Source: Owenia fusiformis
Lineage: Eukaryota
Assembly (NCBI GenBank): GCA_903813345.2
Contig: CAIIXF020000001.1
Span: forward strand, 36,146,001-36,210,000
DNA: 64,000 bases
Reading direction: 5' to 3'
The notes under the pieces were generated by a model. It ran no database searches. It had not been told where the DNA came from and worked only from the letters and a program-made list of their open reading frames with translations. Position numbers and translations under genes: made by a program. Positions 53,700 to 64,000 of this stretch are shown piece by piece (within the stretch, counting starts at the first letter, position 1; each line of letters opens with the position of its first letter).

Positions 53700-54095
53700 T
53701 TTATCTCATATTTTACGTTCTTATCACAAAACTATTGTCATTGTTGGTTTTGTAAAATAAATTACCATACATTATATAAAAAAAATAATGAAAAAAATTA
53801 AAATTGAACGGAGGGGGGAGTAATATCTATAAGACATATGATAAGAGATGTAACTTGACTTTATTTCCAATAACTCCAAATGTCCCTATTTTAACTCTTA
53901 AGAGTTGTAACACCCAGTTGTTACAGAGTTACTGAGTTCATTTTTCAAATACATGAATTTGCGGAAATTTGTTCCACCTTAAAGACATATTACACCCCCC
54001 TCTGTTCAATTTAAATAATTTTCGAAACTTATTTTCAAAAACCGGTAATGAAATTGCTCCAGATGCAAATCTAAATAATATACGAGTAAAATGAC
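53700..54095. mobile_element. Degenerate foldback element in the last M6PR intron
   Basis: AAATTGAACGGAGGGGGGAGTAATAT (53801) is inverted as ATATTACACCCCCCTCTGTTCAATTT (~53987-54012); patchy inverted match extends outward. Confidence 0.55.
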
Positions 54096-54480
54096 TTTAG
54101 TCTAACCTGAAATTCAGAGGCTACCAGTTGTTATTATTACCCTCATATTATATCAACAGAATTTCTTTTTTTATTTGATACAACCTCAATAGTAAATTTT
54201 ATAATTTTCATAAGAGTCTAAATAGTCTTGAAATGAATGTAAGCTAGTATATAAGTAGATGACAGTGCAAACAGATTGTGCCCTTCATATTTGGAGTACA
54301 CCTGTACATGTTTATACATATGTATTCTGATTGGATTGCTTAGTCAAAGACATACCATAGACAAAGCTTTCTCTTTGAGAGAACTATTGCAATGTGAATG
54401 ATCAAAATGATGTTGAACACTGGTTTAAAATAATGTAAAATTTGTATTTACTACATGTACCCTCATATACTGGTACTTAC

Positions 54481-54607
54481 AGATTGAAGGTTTCCAAAGT
54501 CCTGCCAGAATTCATAGTTTGGAATTTGTTCAAATCCCTTAGCTCCAATTACAAATCTCTGATACAAGAATCCTCCAATTAAATAAACACCAAGTAATGT
54601 GAAACAT
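54481..54607 (-). CDS. M6PR: M6PR homolog exon 5 (TM end, juxtamembrane)
   Basis: [42 protein letters not shown]; 127 nt; AG/GT boundaries, phase 2 to 0. Confidence 0.95.
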
Positions 54608-54833
54608 CTGAAAAGAAAAATCCACCAATAATTAAGAATAAGCAATTTTCAAACCTATTCAGCTCATCTCCAAAAATTAAAATACTGTTGACAGAAAAAG
54701 TCCAATGAATGAGAATTACTTGTGAAGTTTTAAGTAATCAGGTCACATTATGGACAAATCTGAAGCAGCTGGCGGTTGCATTCGTGAATGCTAGATAAGT
54801 TCACCAAATGATAACAGACCGGTCCTTACTTAC

Positions 54834-54982
54834 ATAATACAAAATATGGAGCCTGCACTTAAACCAAAAGTCACAAACGGTGATTTAGTACACACTGCGT
54901 TTGTACCAATTTCAAATAAATAGTAGCAGTCTTTTGTTTTGTCCTTGTTTTCTTCTACAATCCTTAAACCTGGCTGGTTGGG
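54834..54982 (-). CDS. M6PR: M6PR homolog exon 4
   Basis: PNQPGLRIVEENKDKTKDCYYLFEIGTNAVCTKSPFVTFGLSAGSIFCI; 149 nt; phase 0 to 2; not in the ORF track. Confidence 0.92.
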
Positions 54983-55328
54983 CTGGAAAACAGTTTCAAA
55001 ATATAATTACTGTTAAATCGAAACACCCCTGGTAAATAGCAGAATATGTTCAGATTGGCAGGCGTTCACATTCTTAGGTAGTGATAATATAAATCTTTTA
55101 TTGACTCTCTGATGTCATTACAATGACATATTAGTCACTAAAAACTACAATCTACAAAATTAAACTAAGACTAAACTAACTTCTGAATACAAAACAAAAA
55201 GTTGTTGTAAAATACAATATAATCCATGGTAAATTAAAAATGGGACTGTAAAGTAAAGGGTTCATGTTGAGAGATGTTGGAAATACAGGTTTTACTGTAC
55301 ATGTACATGTATGTACTTCTGTATATGC

Positions 55329-55866
55329 ATGTATTTCATACCAACTGAGGTTCTAGGTACATAACGAGCGGGAATATATAGTGTATCTAGGGAGCTATCT
55401 CCAAGGCCAGGGACCGGGATGGATACACGCTGTATCCATCCCGGTCCCGCTACTTTTTTTAAATTTTTTTTTTCTAAATTTACTTTCTAAATTTTTTTTT
55501 TAATTTTCTTTCAAATTTTTTTTTTCATTTTTTGTCAAAATTTTTTTTTCACATTTTTTAAATTTTTTCAAATTTTTTTCACATTTTTTTCAATTTTTTT
55601 TTCAATTTCTTTTTTCAAATTTTGGGAAAATCTCGCAGACTTTAAGACCAAGAAAACGCCTACCTTAAGTATATTTTGAATTTTGGATCTTTATAAGGTA
55701 TGATGTACCTAGAACCTCAGTAGGTATGAAATACATCTGTTATGTACGGTTGGTTTTGGATACAGGATTTATCCCGCGAGAAATATGTGTATCTCTGCGG
55801 TCCCTCGGGAGATACACATATTTCCCTTGGGATAAACCCTGTATCCAAAACCTCCCAGTACATAAC
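55329..55866. mobile_element. Palindrome-capped non-autonomous element (IR-bounded body plus ~128-bp terminal palindrome)
   Basis: 34-bp IR 55329-55362/55703-55736; abutting palindrome 55739-55866; internal perfect 18-bp hairpin 55410-55448 followed by a T-rich tract. Confidence 0.75.
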
Positions 55867-56345
55867 CCTTATGTACATACTGAATGAAATTAGGCTAGAT
55901 AAGCAAAATAAAAAATGAAACTACTTTATAGCTCATGAATCTCATCAATTTTTAATTTAGTCATTATTGGAATACTGTATGTATGTGTAGTGACTATGCA
56001 ATCAATAATGAAAATTATATGTATAAAGTTATATTAAACTGGAGATTGCAATTCTGCTACAGATAAAACACAATACATTTACATCTGCCAGCCTTAAAAA
56101 TATGAAGCCATGCTAGATTTTATTTTGACTAAATTTGCTAATGGACCTGATATACACTGTAGGATAATCTCAATATCCTTTAGATGATAAAGGATAATTT
56201 CAATATCTTTAACCACAATTAGAATAATGTTGAAATCATGAACTAGGATTATAGGATAACCTCAATGCTCTGAACCTCATAATGAGAATCTAAACCTCAT
56301 ACATGTACAAGATAATCTCAATTCATTCTACTCAATAATACTCAC

Positions 56346-56455
56346 ATCTGTTTTGGTAGGGTCACATACAAACATTAAGGTAGCTTGTCTTTTTTCTCTA
56401 TTGCAGCTATGAGGATAAGGGCTTCCTCCTTTATATTCTAACATCAGCCAGTTTG
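56346..56455 (-). CDS. M6PR: M6PR homolog exon 3
   Basis: (T)NWLMLEYKGGSPYPHSCNREKRQATLMFVCDPTKTD; 110 nt; phase 1 to 0. Confidence 0.94.
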
Positions 56456-56735
56456 CTGTAAAGATCATCATGAAGTTATATAAAACACATGGAGAAGGAG
56501 ATCTTATTATAAATAACATGTTGAAAGAACTGTAGTTACTTAGAAGAAGTAAATATCCATGACTAAACAAAATATGTTTTTTCTAGGTTATTATGAGCTA
56601 TTATTCATTCATTCATTTTAAGTCATTTAACTCTCTTATAGATGCATGTGTTATGACTATAATTATATGCTTATTATATTAGATGATTATCTTGGATGTG
56701 AGTGATATTTTTCATCTTTCATTTAAATATATAGA

Positions 56736-57150
56736 GGTTACTTCTTGGGAGGGATAGGATATGAATTTTATTCCCAGAGAAAACATTGGCCGAGGGCGAC
56801 AGCCCGAGTCTCAATATGATATTTTCCGAGGCCAATATCCTCAATTCTGAAGGAAAAATTCATATTCCATCAATAACCTATCTATTCCATAATATTTTTT
56901 TGAAACTTATTCACTTTCAAGTTTGATTTTCAAGTCTGATGTTGACATAAAATGATACAATTTCACACAATTTCTTTCATATATGACACTTTCACCTTTT
57001 ATTCACAAGTTTTAAAATAGAACGAAAAATGTAAAAATCAGAACAAATTCCCAGGAATAGTTCTGATACAGCATCTGATACAGGATTTTTTGAATATCAA
57101 TTCTATTCCCTGTTTATTTCCCCCGAGAAAACGTGTTATTATAGAATAAA
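56736..57150. mobile_element. Second palindrome-capped element, opposite orientation to 55329-55866
   Basis: Imperfect palindrome 56736-56878 centred on GGCCGAGGGCGACAGCCCGAG, then a body bounded by TATTCCATAATA (56883) / TATTATAGAATA (57137). Confidence 0.6.
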
Positions 57151-57313
57151 AGGAGGATATTCTATGATTTATGAGTGATATGATATGAAATACATGCACA
57201 ACCGAGCATAGTTAAATGATTCAAATCCAACTTTCCATACAACTGATCATTATTGCTGCCATATGCATTTTGAGTTAAATAGCAACAATCAAATTATTAA
57301 AGCAATAACATAC

Positions 57314-57474
57314 TTCCGCCCTTTATTTGTGCTTCACTTATAAGTCCTACAACTGTAATGTTTTTCTTTTCTTTGCTGTATTGTGTGACCCCAGCATTAG
57401 GATGGCCAACCGTGTCAACCTCCTTGCATATTCCTATAGTATAGGAGAATTCATGTCCATCATCTACTGGGTAG
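57314..57474 (-). CDS. M6PR: M6PR homolog exon 2
   Basis: (S)YPVDDGHEFSYTIGICKEVDTVGHPNAGVTQYSKEKKNITVVGLISEAQIKGG; 161 nt; phase 2 to 1. Confidence 0.92.
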
Positions 57475-58385
57475 CTGAAAGAAAAAGATTCAATGTTAAT
57501 GAGACAATGTTGACTTATTTTTGGACTTTCCAAGAAATGGTGATCAGATAATCATCTGTAGATAACGAGGCTTACCATGATATGAGAAATGCGATTAGAC
57601 CTTTGATTTGATTTGACATGACTTGAAAACTATATTTATTCTGGGTAGCTCCATCAGAACAAAACTGGTCTTCCTATATAAGGTATGTCTATGGAGTAAG
57701 CATTACCTTGTTTTCAGGTAGGTAATACACAAAATACTTTAACAATTAAGTGTATCTATTTTTATCAAAATGTTCATTACAGTTTGGGCAATGAATAAAT
57801 GAGTAGTCGACTTTCTATTACCATTTTCAAGCCACGGTAGTTTGGAAGCCCCGATTTCCAATATTGTCTGGTTACACAATACATAAAATTTGTATATTTC
57901 ACATTTAGCATACTCTCATCCATTGATGAATGACCTCTTCAAAATTCTCTTATTTTTAACATAGGAAATCCTCACTTCAGCAAACCCAAGACTAATTATT
58001 TATTGTCCAAACTGTACATTGTTCCATAATCTGGGAGTATCGCCAACTTTGTTTCGACAGATTGGTATGGGAACATACTGATATCTGAGGGTTCAGTCTA
58101 GGATCCCTGCCAAAGTTTGTGATGTACAGGCACTCATTTTTGACCTTCATTGCTATTGTAGTAAAATGCACAGGAAAGGAACATGTAGCGACATCTGTTC
58201 TGAGTCCGAAAAGCTCTATCATGGAGAGATCTGCATTTTAGGCATAACAGAGACGTTCAAACTCAGTACTATATAGATGTCGCTATGTGTTACTGTGGTA
58301 ACTATCAGCTATATCCTCTAGTCTGAATTTTTTTGAAATTTGGAATGAAAATATTCAGACTATAGATTGTCTAGCCCAATTATTA

Positions 58386-59206
58386 CTTTTTTCAAGGCCT
58401 GACTGCGTCGCTAACATGCTAAATATAAGAGTTAGCTGACGTTTGGGAGTCTGACTTACCTTCTAAAGGTTAGAACCCGAATCTTAATGAAACCATATCA
58501 CCTTTGTTGCGTCGATGATGATGCATAAACATAGCATTTGATAGAAATTAGCGTGAATGCTTTTCCGACTTTTTCATTTTTCATCAATGTTGACTTCCGG
58601 GAAGGCGTTGTAGTTATCACGAAATAACGCATTGACCCTTGAACTTTACTTTGTTGACGTGTCAACCAAGCATGTCTGGTGTGAAAATTAAAAGAATATT
58701 AAGCAATGTTCTACATCCGCCAAGCTAAGTGAAGTAGTCAATATTTAAAATTACCAATTTCAAGTGAAGTACGCAACGAACGAAACTGCGTGATCTACAC
58801 TCCCACTATTGGTCTGAATGAAATGCTACGTAGAAATATGAGCCGTCTGCTGTATTAGTCGATTAATAGAGTAAGACCTGTTGGTGATGCTTTATAATTT
58901 AGACCAAAACATTGAAGAACAAACGAACCTGTAAATCATGAAAACAACGAACAAATATTCGGTTTTCACATATGTTCGGTAATTTTTCGTATTGAAACTT
59001 CCGGAACTTACAAGGAAATCATTCATTTTCTCGATCCATGATTTACCTCTTGGATGTTGTGGCAAATGCTCCATGGTTGACGGAACAAAGGTGATATGGT
59101 TTCATTAAGATTCGGGTTCTAACCTTTAGAAGGTAAGTCAGACTCCCAAACGTCAGCTAACTCTTATATTTAGCATGTTAGCGACGAAGTCAGGCCTTGA
59201 AAAAAG
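58386..59206. mobile_element. ~820-bp MITE with ~125-bp near-perfect TIRs in M6PR intron 1
   Basis: CTTTTTTCAAGGCCTGACT...CCATATCACCTTTGTT is inverted at ~59087-59206; possible TA TSD; exact ends uncertain. Confidence 0.85.
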
Positions 59207-59223
59207 TAGTAACTCTGTAGAGT

Positions 59224-59252
59224 CATGGGCTTTCAACTATTGAAAGCCCATG
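59224..59252. mobile_element. 29-bp palindromic insert between 7-bp direct repeats (putative transposon excision footprint)
   Basis: GTAGAGT|CATGGGCTTTCAA-CTA-TTGAAAGCCCATG|GTAGAGT. Confidence 0.7.
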
Positions 59253-59334
59253 GTAGAGTGGATCATCCATCCAGGATGCCACCAACAGTTGATGATAATA
59301 AACATTGCCCGTCCCCTTGTTCCCTTATATTTAC

Positions 59335-59486
59335 CTCTTTCCTTTCAAAGGTTCAAGTTGTTTCATCAATTTTTCGTCCACCACTGTTTTGTGATCTTTG
59401 AAAACACAATCACTGTTAACTAAATTTCTCCGCAGTTCATGCGCAACAAGCACTATATAGAAGGTCACAAGGGACAACAGATTCAT
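59335..59486 (-). CDS. M6PR: M6PR homolog exon 1 (signal peptide and start of MRH domain); full protein 276 aa
   Basis: MNLLSLVTFYIVLVAHELRRNLVNSDCVFKDHKTVVDEKLMKQLEPLKGK; hydrophobic N-terminus; phase-2 donor AG|GTAAAT; six exons sum to 831 nt in frame. Confidence 0.88.
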
Positions 59487-59580
59487 TTTATTGCAGTTTA
59501 TCCATAAACATTTACGAAATGAATTATAAGGAAATGTTTTAATCAATATATAATAATATTGTTTCAAAAATTGAAAATCT

Positions 59581-59708
59581 CACTTCCTGGTTGACATGTG
59601 ACACGTAAGCTGTTTGTAACGGCCGTTGTGATTGGTTCAACTTCAATTAAAACTGAAAGAACCAATAGCATAAGACGTTTCAAAATTTACTCTAAATACC
59701 AAACCAAT
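59581..59708 (-). promoter_or_regulatory. Candidate TATA-less M6PR promoter
   Basis: ETS-like CACTTCCTGG (59581), E-box GACATGTGAC (59593-59602), CCAAT boxes at 59631 (ATTGG), 59662 and 59704; locally CpG-richer. Confidence 0.55.
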
Positions 59709-59783
59709 TGGGAAAACGAAAATATTAGTGGTCTTATATTCATGAATTAAAAATAAAACCTGTCTGGTAGAACGTCACTTGAA

Positions 59784-59954
59784 CAGGTGTAAAAGGGTAG
59801 GAGGTCCTATCAAATTATGGTCCTACTCTCCATTGATTTATATGGTGACATCAATACAACTCTTTCCCTCATTATCTTATACGCAATCATGGCCAGTAGG
59901 CTGTTAAGAAAGGGGACCATAATCCCTGGGGGACCATCATTTCTTTCACACCGG
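59784..59954. mobile_element. Small decayed MITE with C(C/A)GGTGT termini
   Basis: CAGGTGTAAAAGGGTAGGAGGTCC vs reverse complement of GGACCATCATTTCTTTCACACCGG; internal GGGGACCAT repeats. Confidence 0.45.
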
Positions 59955-62370
59955 CCAAAAGAGTTCAGATTGCCGGCAGATAATCACATTTCAAGGTTCT
60001 TTGCCTTGGTAACCTAATGGCAGATTTTAAAAAGGCAATCACATAAGAAATATCAGATTAGAGAGAGTTAAGATACACAGCATTTGAAGCAGAATTTGGA
60101 TGTAATACAATTTAAACCTAATATTGTCTAATGCAACTAGTCACAGAACCAACATGGCCGTCTAGGCAAATTCACACATAACTAGGCAAGGTGTCTCAGA
60201 TTCCAGGAAATCCAAACACAGTAGCTCATATAACTACAGTGCATTATATCACCAATCACCGCATCCAAGGTCACTCATTATGTGGTTGCCGATGTGACAA
60301 CTCAACTACAAATTGAAATTGATGCTTTGCCTTTAAGTGACAAGGTAGAGAATATTTTGCAATATGTAAAAAGAATTTCAGTTTAAGACTCAATGCATTG
60401 AGAAATGACTTTTCCTTTCAGTTTATTTATTTCTATTTAATCTTTCATAGCTATACGAATACGACACGTATGTTGCAAATAATTGGAATAGTTCAACGAC
60501 TATGCAAGCTTCACTGGGAACACAAAAGACACACATTTTATTAAGATTTCAAACAAGTTTGTGTTCATGTGCATTCATCCATGTTCATTTACAGGGTATC
60601 AAAAACAAAGGCATTATATGGTGACATCAATACAACTCTTTCCCTCATTATCTTATACGCAATCATGGCCAGTAGGGGCTGTTAAGAAAGGGGACCATAA
60701 TCCCTGGGGGACCATCATTTCTTTCACACCGGCCAAAAGAGTTCAGATTGCCGGCAGATAATCACATTTCAAGGTTCTTTGCCTTGGTAACCTAATGGCA
60801 GATTTTAAAAAAGCAATCACATAAGAAATATCTGATTAGAGAGAGTTAAGATACACAGGGTAAGCCCATTTGAAGCAGAATTTGGATGTAATACAATTTA
60901 AACCTAATATTGTCTAATGCAACTAGTCACAGAACCAACATGGCCGTCTAGGCAAATTCACACATAACTAGGCAAGGTGTCTCAGATTCCAGGAAATCCA
61001 AACACAGTAGCTCATATAACTACAGTGCATTATATCACCAATCACCGCATCCAAGGTCACTCATTATGTGGTTGCCGATGTGACAACTCAACTACAAATT
61101 GAAATTGATGCTTTGCCTTTAAGTGACAAGGTAGAGAATATTTTGCAATATGTAAAAAGAATTTCAGTTTAAGACTCAATGCATTGAGAAATGACTTTTC
61201 CTTTCAGGCATGGTCTCCTAAAATAAACTCTTGATGCCATGCATCTTATGCAAATTTTGGAAAGCAACACCTTCAAACAAAGGTCATTCAACCTTACACT
61301 GAGTCCAGGGCTTAAATCATTAATAAAATCTTTGATTAAGTCTTCACATTTCCTACATTCTTTCAAAGTCATGCAGTTTATCACCATTGAACAGATTTTA
61401 AATGATTTTGGCCATTTTTGGATCAAAGTGAACCCCCTGGAATATTTTAATAAGTGAACACCCCTTGGCAAAAGCTCTTTATAGGGTTTGTACCAAGTGT
61501 TAATAAATATAGAACTGTAATCTCCACTATTTTGGCTTCTTAACTTACTGAAAAAACCTGATCACTGGCCAATCTATTAGCCAACAAATATTATAGACTT
61601 AAATCAAAACATAAAAGCATATTTTATATAAATTGTTTATTGTTGTTGTTGACATTATGAAGTGTCAAGCACTAATATCACAGTTCAGTTGAGATTAGAA
61701 TTCTCATACTAGAGGTTTCAGCACTAGCTACCCTCTATACCATTTAGTATTAATGGGCTTATACCCAAATTGTACATATTCCTTGTATACAGTGTACACC
61801 AATCATTTAATATACCAATGCAATCTATAATGTGTAAAGTTTCACCAAGGATTATTTAAATCATATTTTTTCTATCAAGAAATTGATGTCCATTAAGTCT
61901 AGTGAGGCACATTCCAAAATACTATTATTCTTTTACTATAGCAGACAAGACACTAAATTCATTCAAAGATACATGAATTTTGCTACAAGACAAACATACA
62001 AACCAATATAGAGATGATCAATATAAACAAGTATGAATTTTTTATTAAAATGTCCTCCATATTCTTTCAATATTGAAACTGAACAATATTAGTATTTCAG
62101 TGAAAATTTTAAAATTGTATTTTAGAACCTTGAGAATGATAGGTTCTGTTTAATTATTAAGAATGCATGGAGTCATTTATTTATTTCTATTTAATCTTTC
62201 ATAGCTATACGAATACGACACGTATGTTGCAAATAATTGGAATAGTTCAACGACTATGCAAGCTTCACTGGGAACACAAAAGACACACATTTTATTAAGA
62301 TTTCAAACAAGTATGTGTTCATGTGCATTCATCCATGTTCATTTACAGGGTATCAAAAACAAAGGCATTA
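59838..62370. repeat. Recent local duplication with A-B-A-C-B arrangement
   Basis: A = 59838-60421 and 60614-61207; B = 60422-60616 and 62176-62370; copies near-identical. Confidence 0.93.
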
Positions 62371-64000
62371 CCACTAGTTATTTTTGTCTAAGGAGAAGGG
62401 ACTTATTTTCAGATTTATATAAATTTTGCCATTTTTAAGTGCTCTCATATGACACTTCATATATATCTGCAAATAACATGAAATATGCAGTCAAATTTAG
62501 TTTGGAAAGTAATTCTGATTATGAAGACCAAAATCAACAAGAATCTGTCTGAAAGGAAGTTCTATTGCCCTTCAAATATTTTTATTCTTTATTATAATTA
62601 GATGGAGAGCTTGGAGAGGATGACATAAAAAGTACTTATTAGTACTGGATTTCAAAACACTGCCCCCTGAATATGATACAACTGATATAAATTTGGCAAA
62701 GGAATGTTTATACATGGTCTAATACTAGTAACAACCTTGTTAATATTTTGACACCTATATACATGCTTAACTCAGGAGGATTATTTCAATTAAACCACAA
62801 AACATACGTGAAGTCAATGTGTGACATGTGACAGTGTTACATAACCTCTCAGATGAATAAGTTCCCATCTGGTCTTGCTGACTTTGTTCAGCATGTATAG
62901 GAAAATAACATGGCAAATGGTCTGTAGTTAATTATAACCAGAAGGTCTGAAATCATGTACCCTGCTTAAACAGATTTATAATATAACAAAGTCAGCACTA
63001 ATAACATGTCCCCACTAAACACCAAACGTATGAAGTAAATTACCTAGAGGCTAGTAGTTGGTAGATAATTTGGGGAAGATAACATGCCAGAGAATTATGA
63101 AGTTGAATAGTGGACCACTTCAAAAGCAAGTTTGAATATTTTATCATGAAAATCATGCATTTAGTCTTACATCACACATCTCTCTGAACCAGATCACTGA
63201 CTGCACCCAGTGGTGAATTATTCCCACAAAAATAAAGCCATCATATCAAGCCAGAAAATTTTAGCTGAACTTATTTCCCAATATTTCTTCTTAAAATTGA
63301 TAACTGTGAAAAATATTTCTATCCAAGCCTAATGTCACTGCAAGGGGAGAAACCCCTCCTTGTCTGTCAGTTTAAACAAGTCCAAATGTTAATGAATACA
63401 AAAATTTGTTTACATATTCTAAAACAGAAATCTCCACGTTGAATTAGTGAAACACTAATGATATGTCATCCCTCTTGTGGTGACATAAAAACAAATTAAC
63501 ATTTACATAAACATGTTGAATACAAAATTGAGCTTTTTGTGTGATTGACCAGGGTGTAATATTCTATTTCATCTAAGTATTGCCCCATTCCCCAGGTAAA
63601 ATGTTGAACACTGAAATCTAGGATTAATTAACCCAAATGCACCTAGCAACAAGTTGAATGCCATCAATCACAACATGAAACTTATCTTACACTTCCATTT
63701 ACATTACAGTTGTACATACTGATATATATATTTGTATACCATACTGTACAAATCCCTTACTCATTCTGGTTCCTTGTTCTGTTCTCAATGTTCAGTCCTA
63801 TTTTCTCTGTCTTCCAAATAACTTTATTACAAATTTGCAATTCATTCTTGATTTACTCAGTAAATCATATTCAACTTCTATGTATTCATTCTCTTAGTTA
63901 TTTTCATTCTATTTTTCATTTGATTCCTAAGGTTGGTCTCAATTGACCTGTCATCCTCTGGCCTTCAAAAGTGCCTAGATGACACCCTTAATGCCTAGCT

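Noticed and set aside
61169..61471. 100-aa minus-strand ORF in segment C of the duplication
   Set aside because: No recognisable domain or splice context; non-ATG start; length compatible with chance.
63975..64000. Possible last codons (LGIKGVI-stop) of a minus-strand gene whose 3'UTR would occupy ~61.6-64 kb
   Set aside because: Only seven codons at the window edge plus a compositional impression; cannot be supported without the adjacent sequence.

Overview
AT-rich, CpG-poor, intron-containing animal DNA, probably a marine invertebrate such as a lophotrochozoan (inference). Three spliced protein-coding genes can be rebuilt with GT-AG junctions and consistent frames. (1) An NCS-2-like neuronal calcium sensor (+, 13581-17930) whose last coding exon (EF-hand 4 plus C-terminal helix) occurs as two intact, anciently diverged tandem copies, predicting 195-aa and 197-aa isoforms. 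(2) A neurocalcin/hippocalcin-type sensor (+, 38066-44208, 191 aa) head-to-tail downstream. (3) A convergent cation-dependent mannose-6-phosphate receptor homolog (-, 59486-53305, 6 exons, 276 aa) with altered cation/phosphate-binding loop residues. The rest is introns, UTRs and intergenic DNA with many non-autonomous DNA transposons (Tc1/mariner, Kolobok-, P/hAT-, Harbinger-, Sola- and piggyBac-like), decayed Tc1 and mariner transposases, a tRNA-derived SINE, several minisatellites, palindrome-capped elements, a 29-bp putative P-type excision footprint and an A-B-A-C-B local duplication upstream of M6PR. Best candidate for a novel system: a calcium-sensor locus that diversifies through duplicated alternative EF4 exons and possibly shared leader exons. 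All coordinates were read by hand; transposon superfamily labels rest on terminal motifs and TSDs only.
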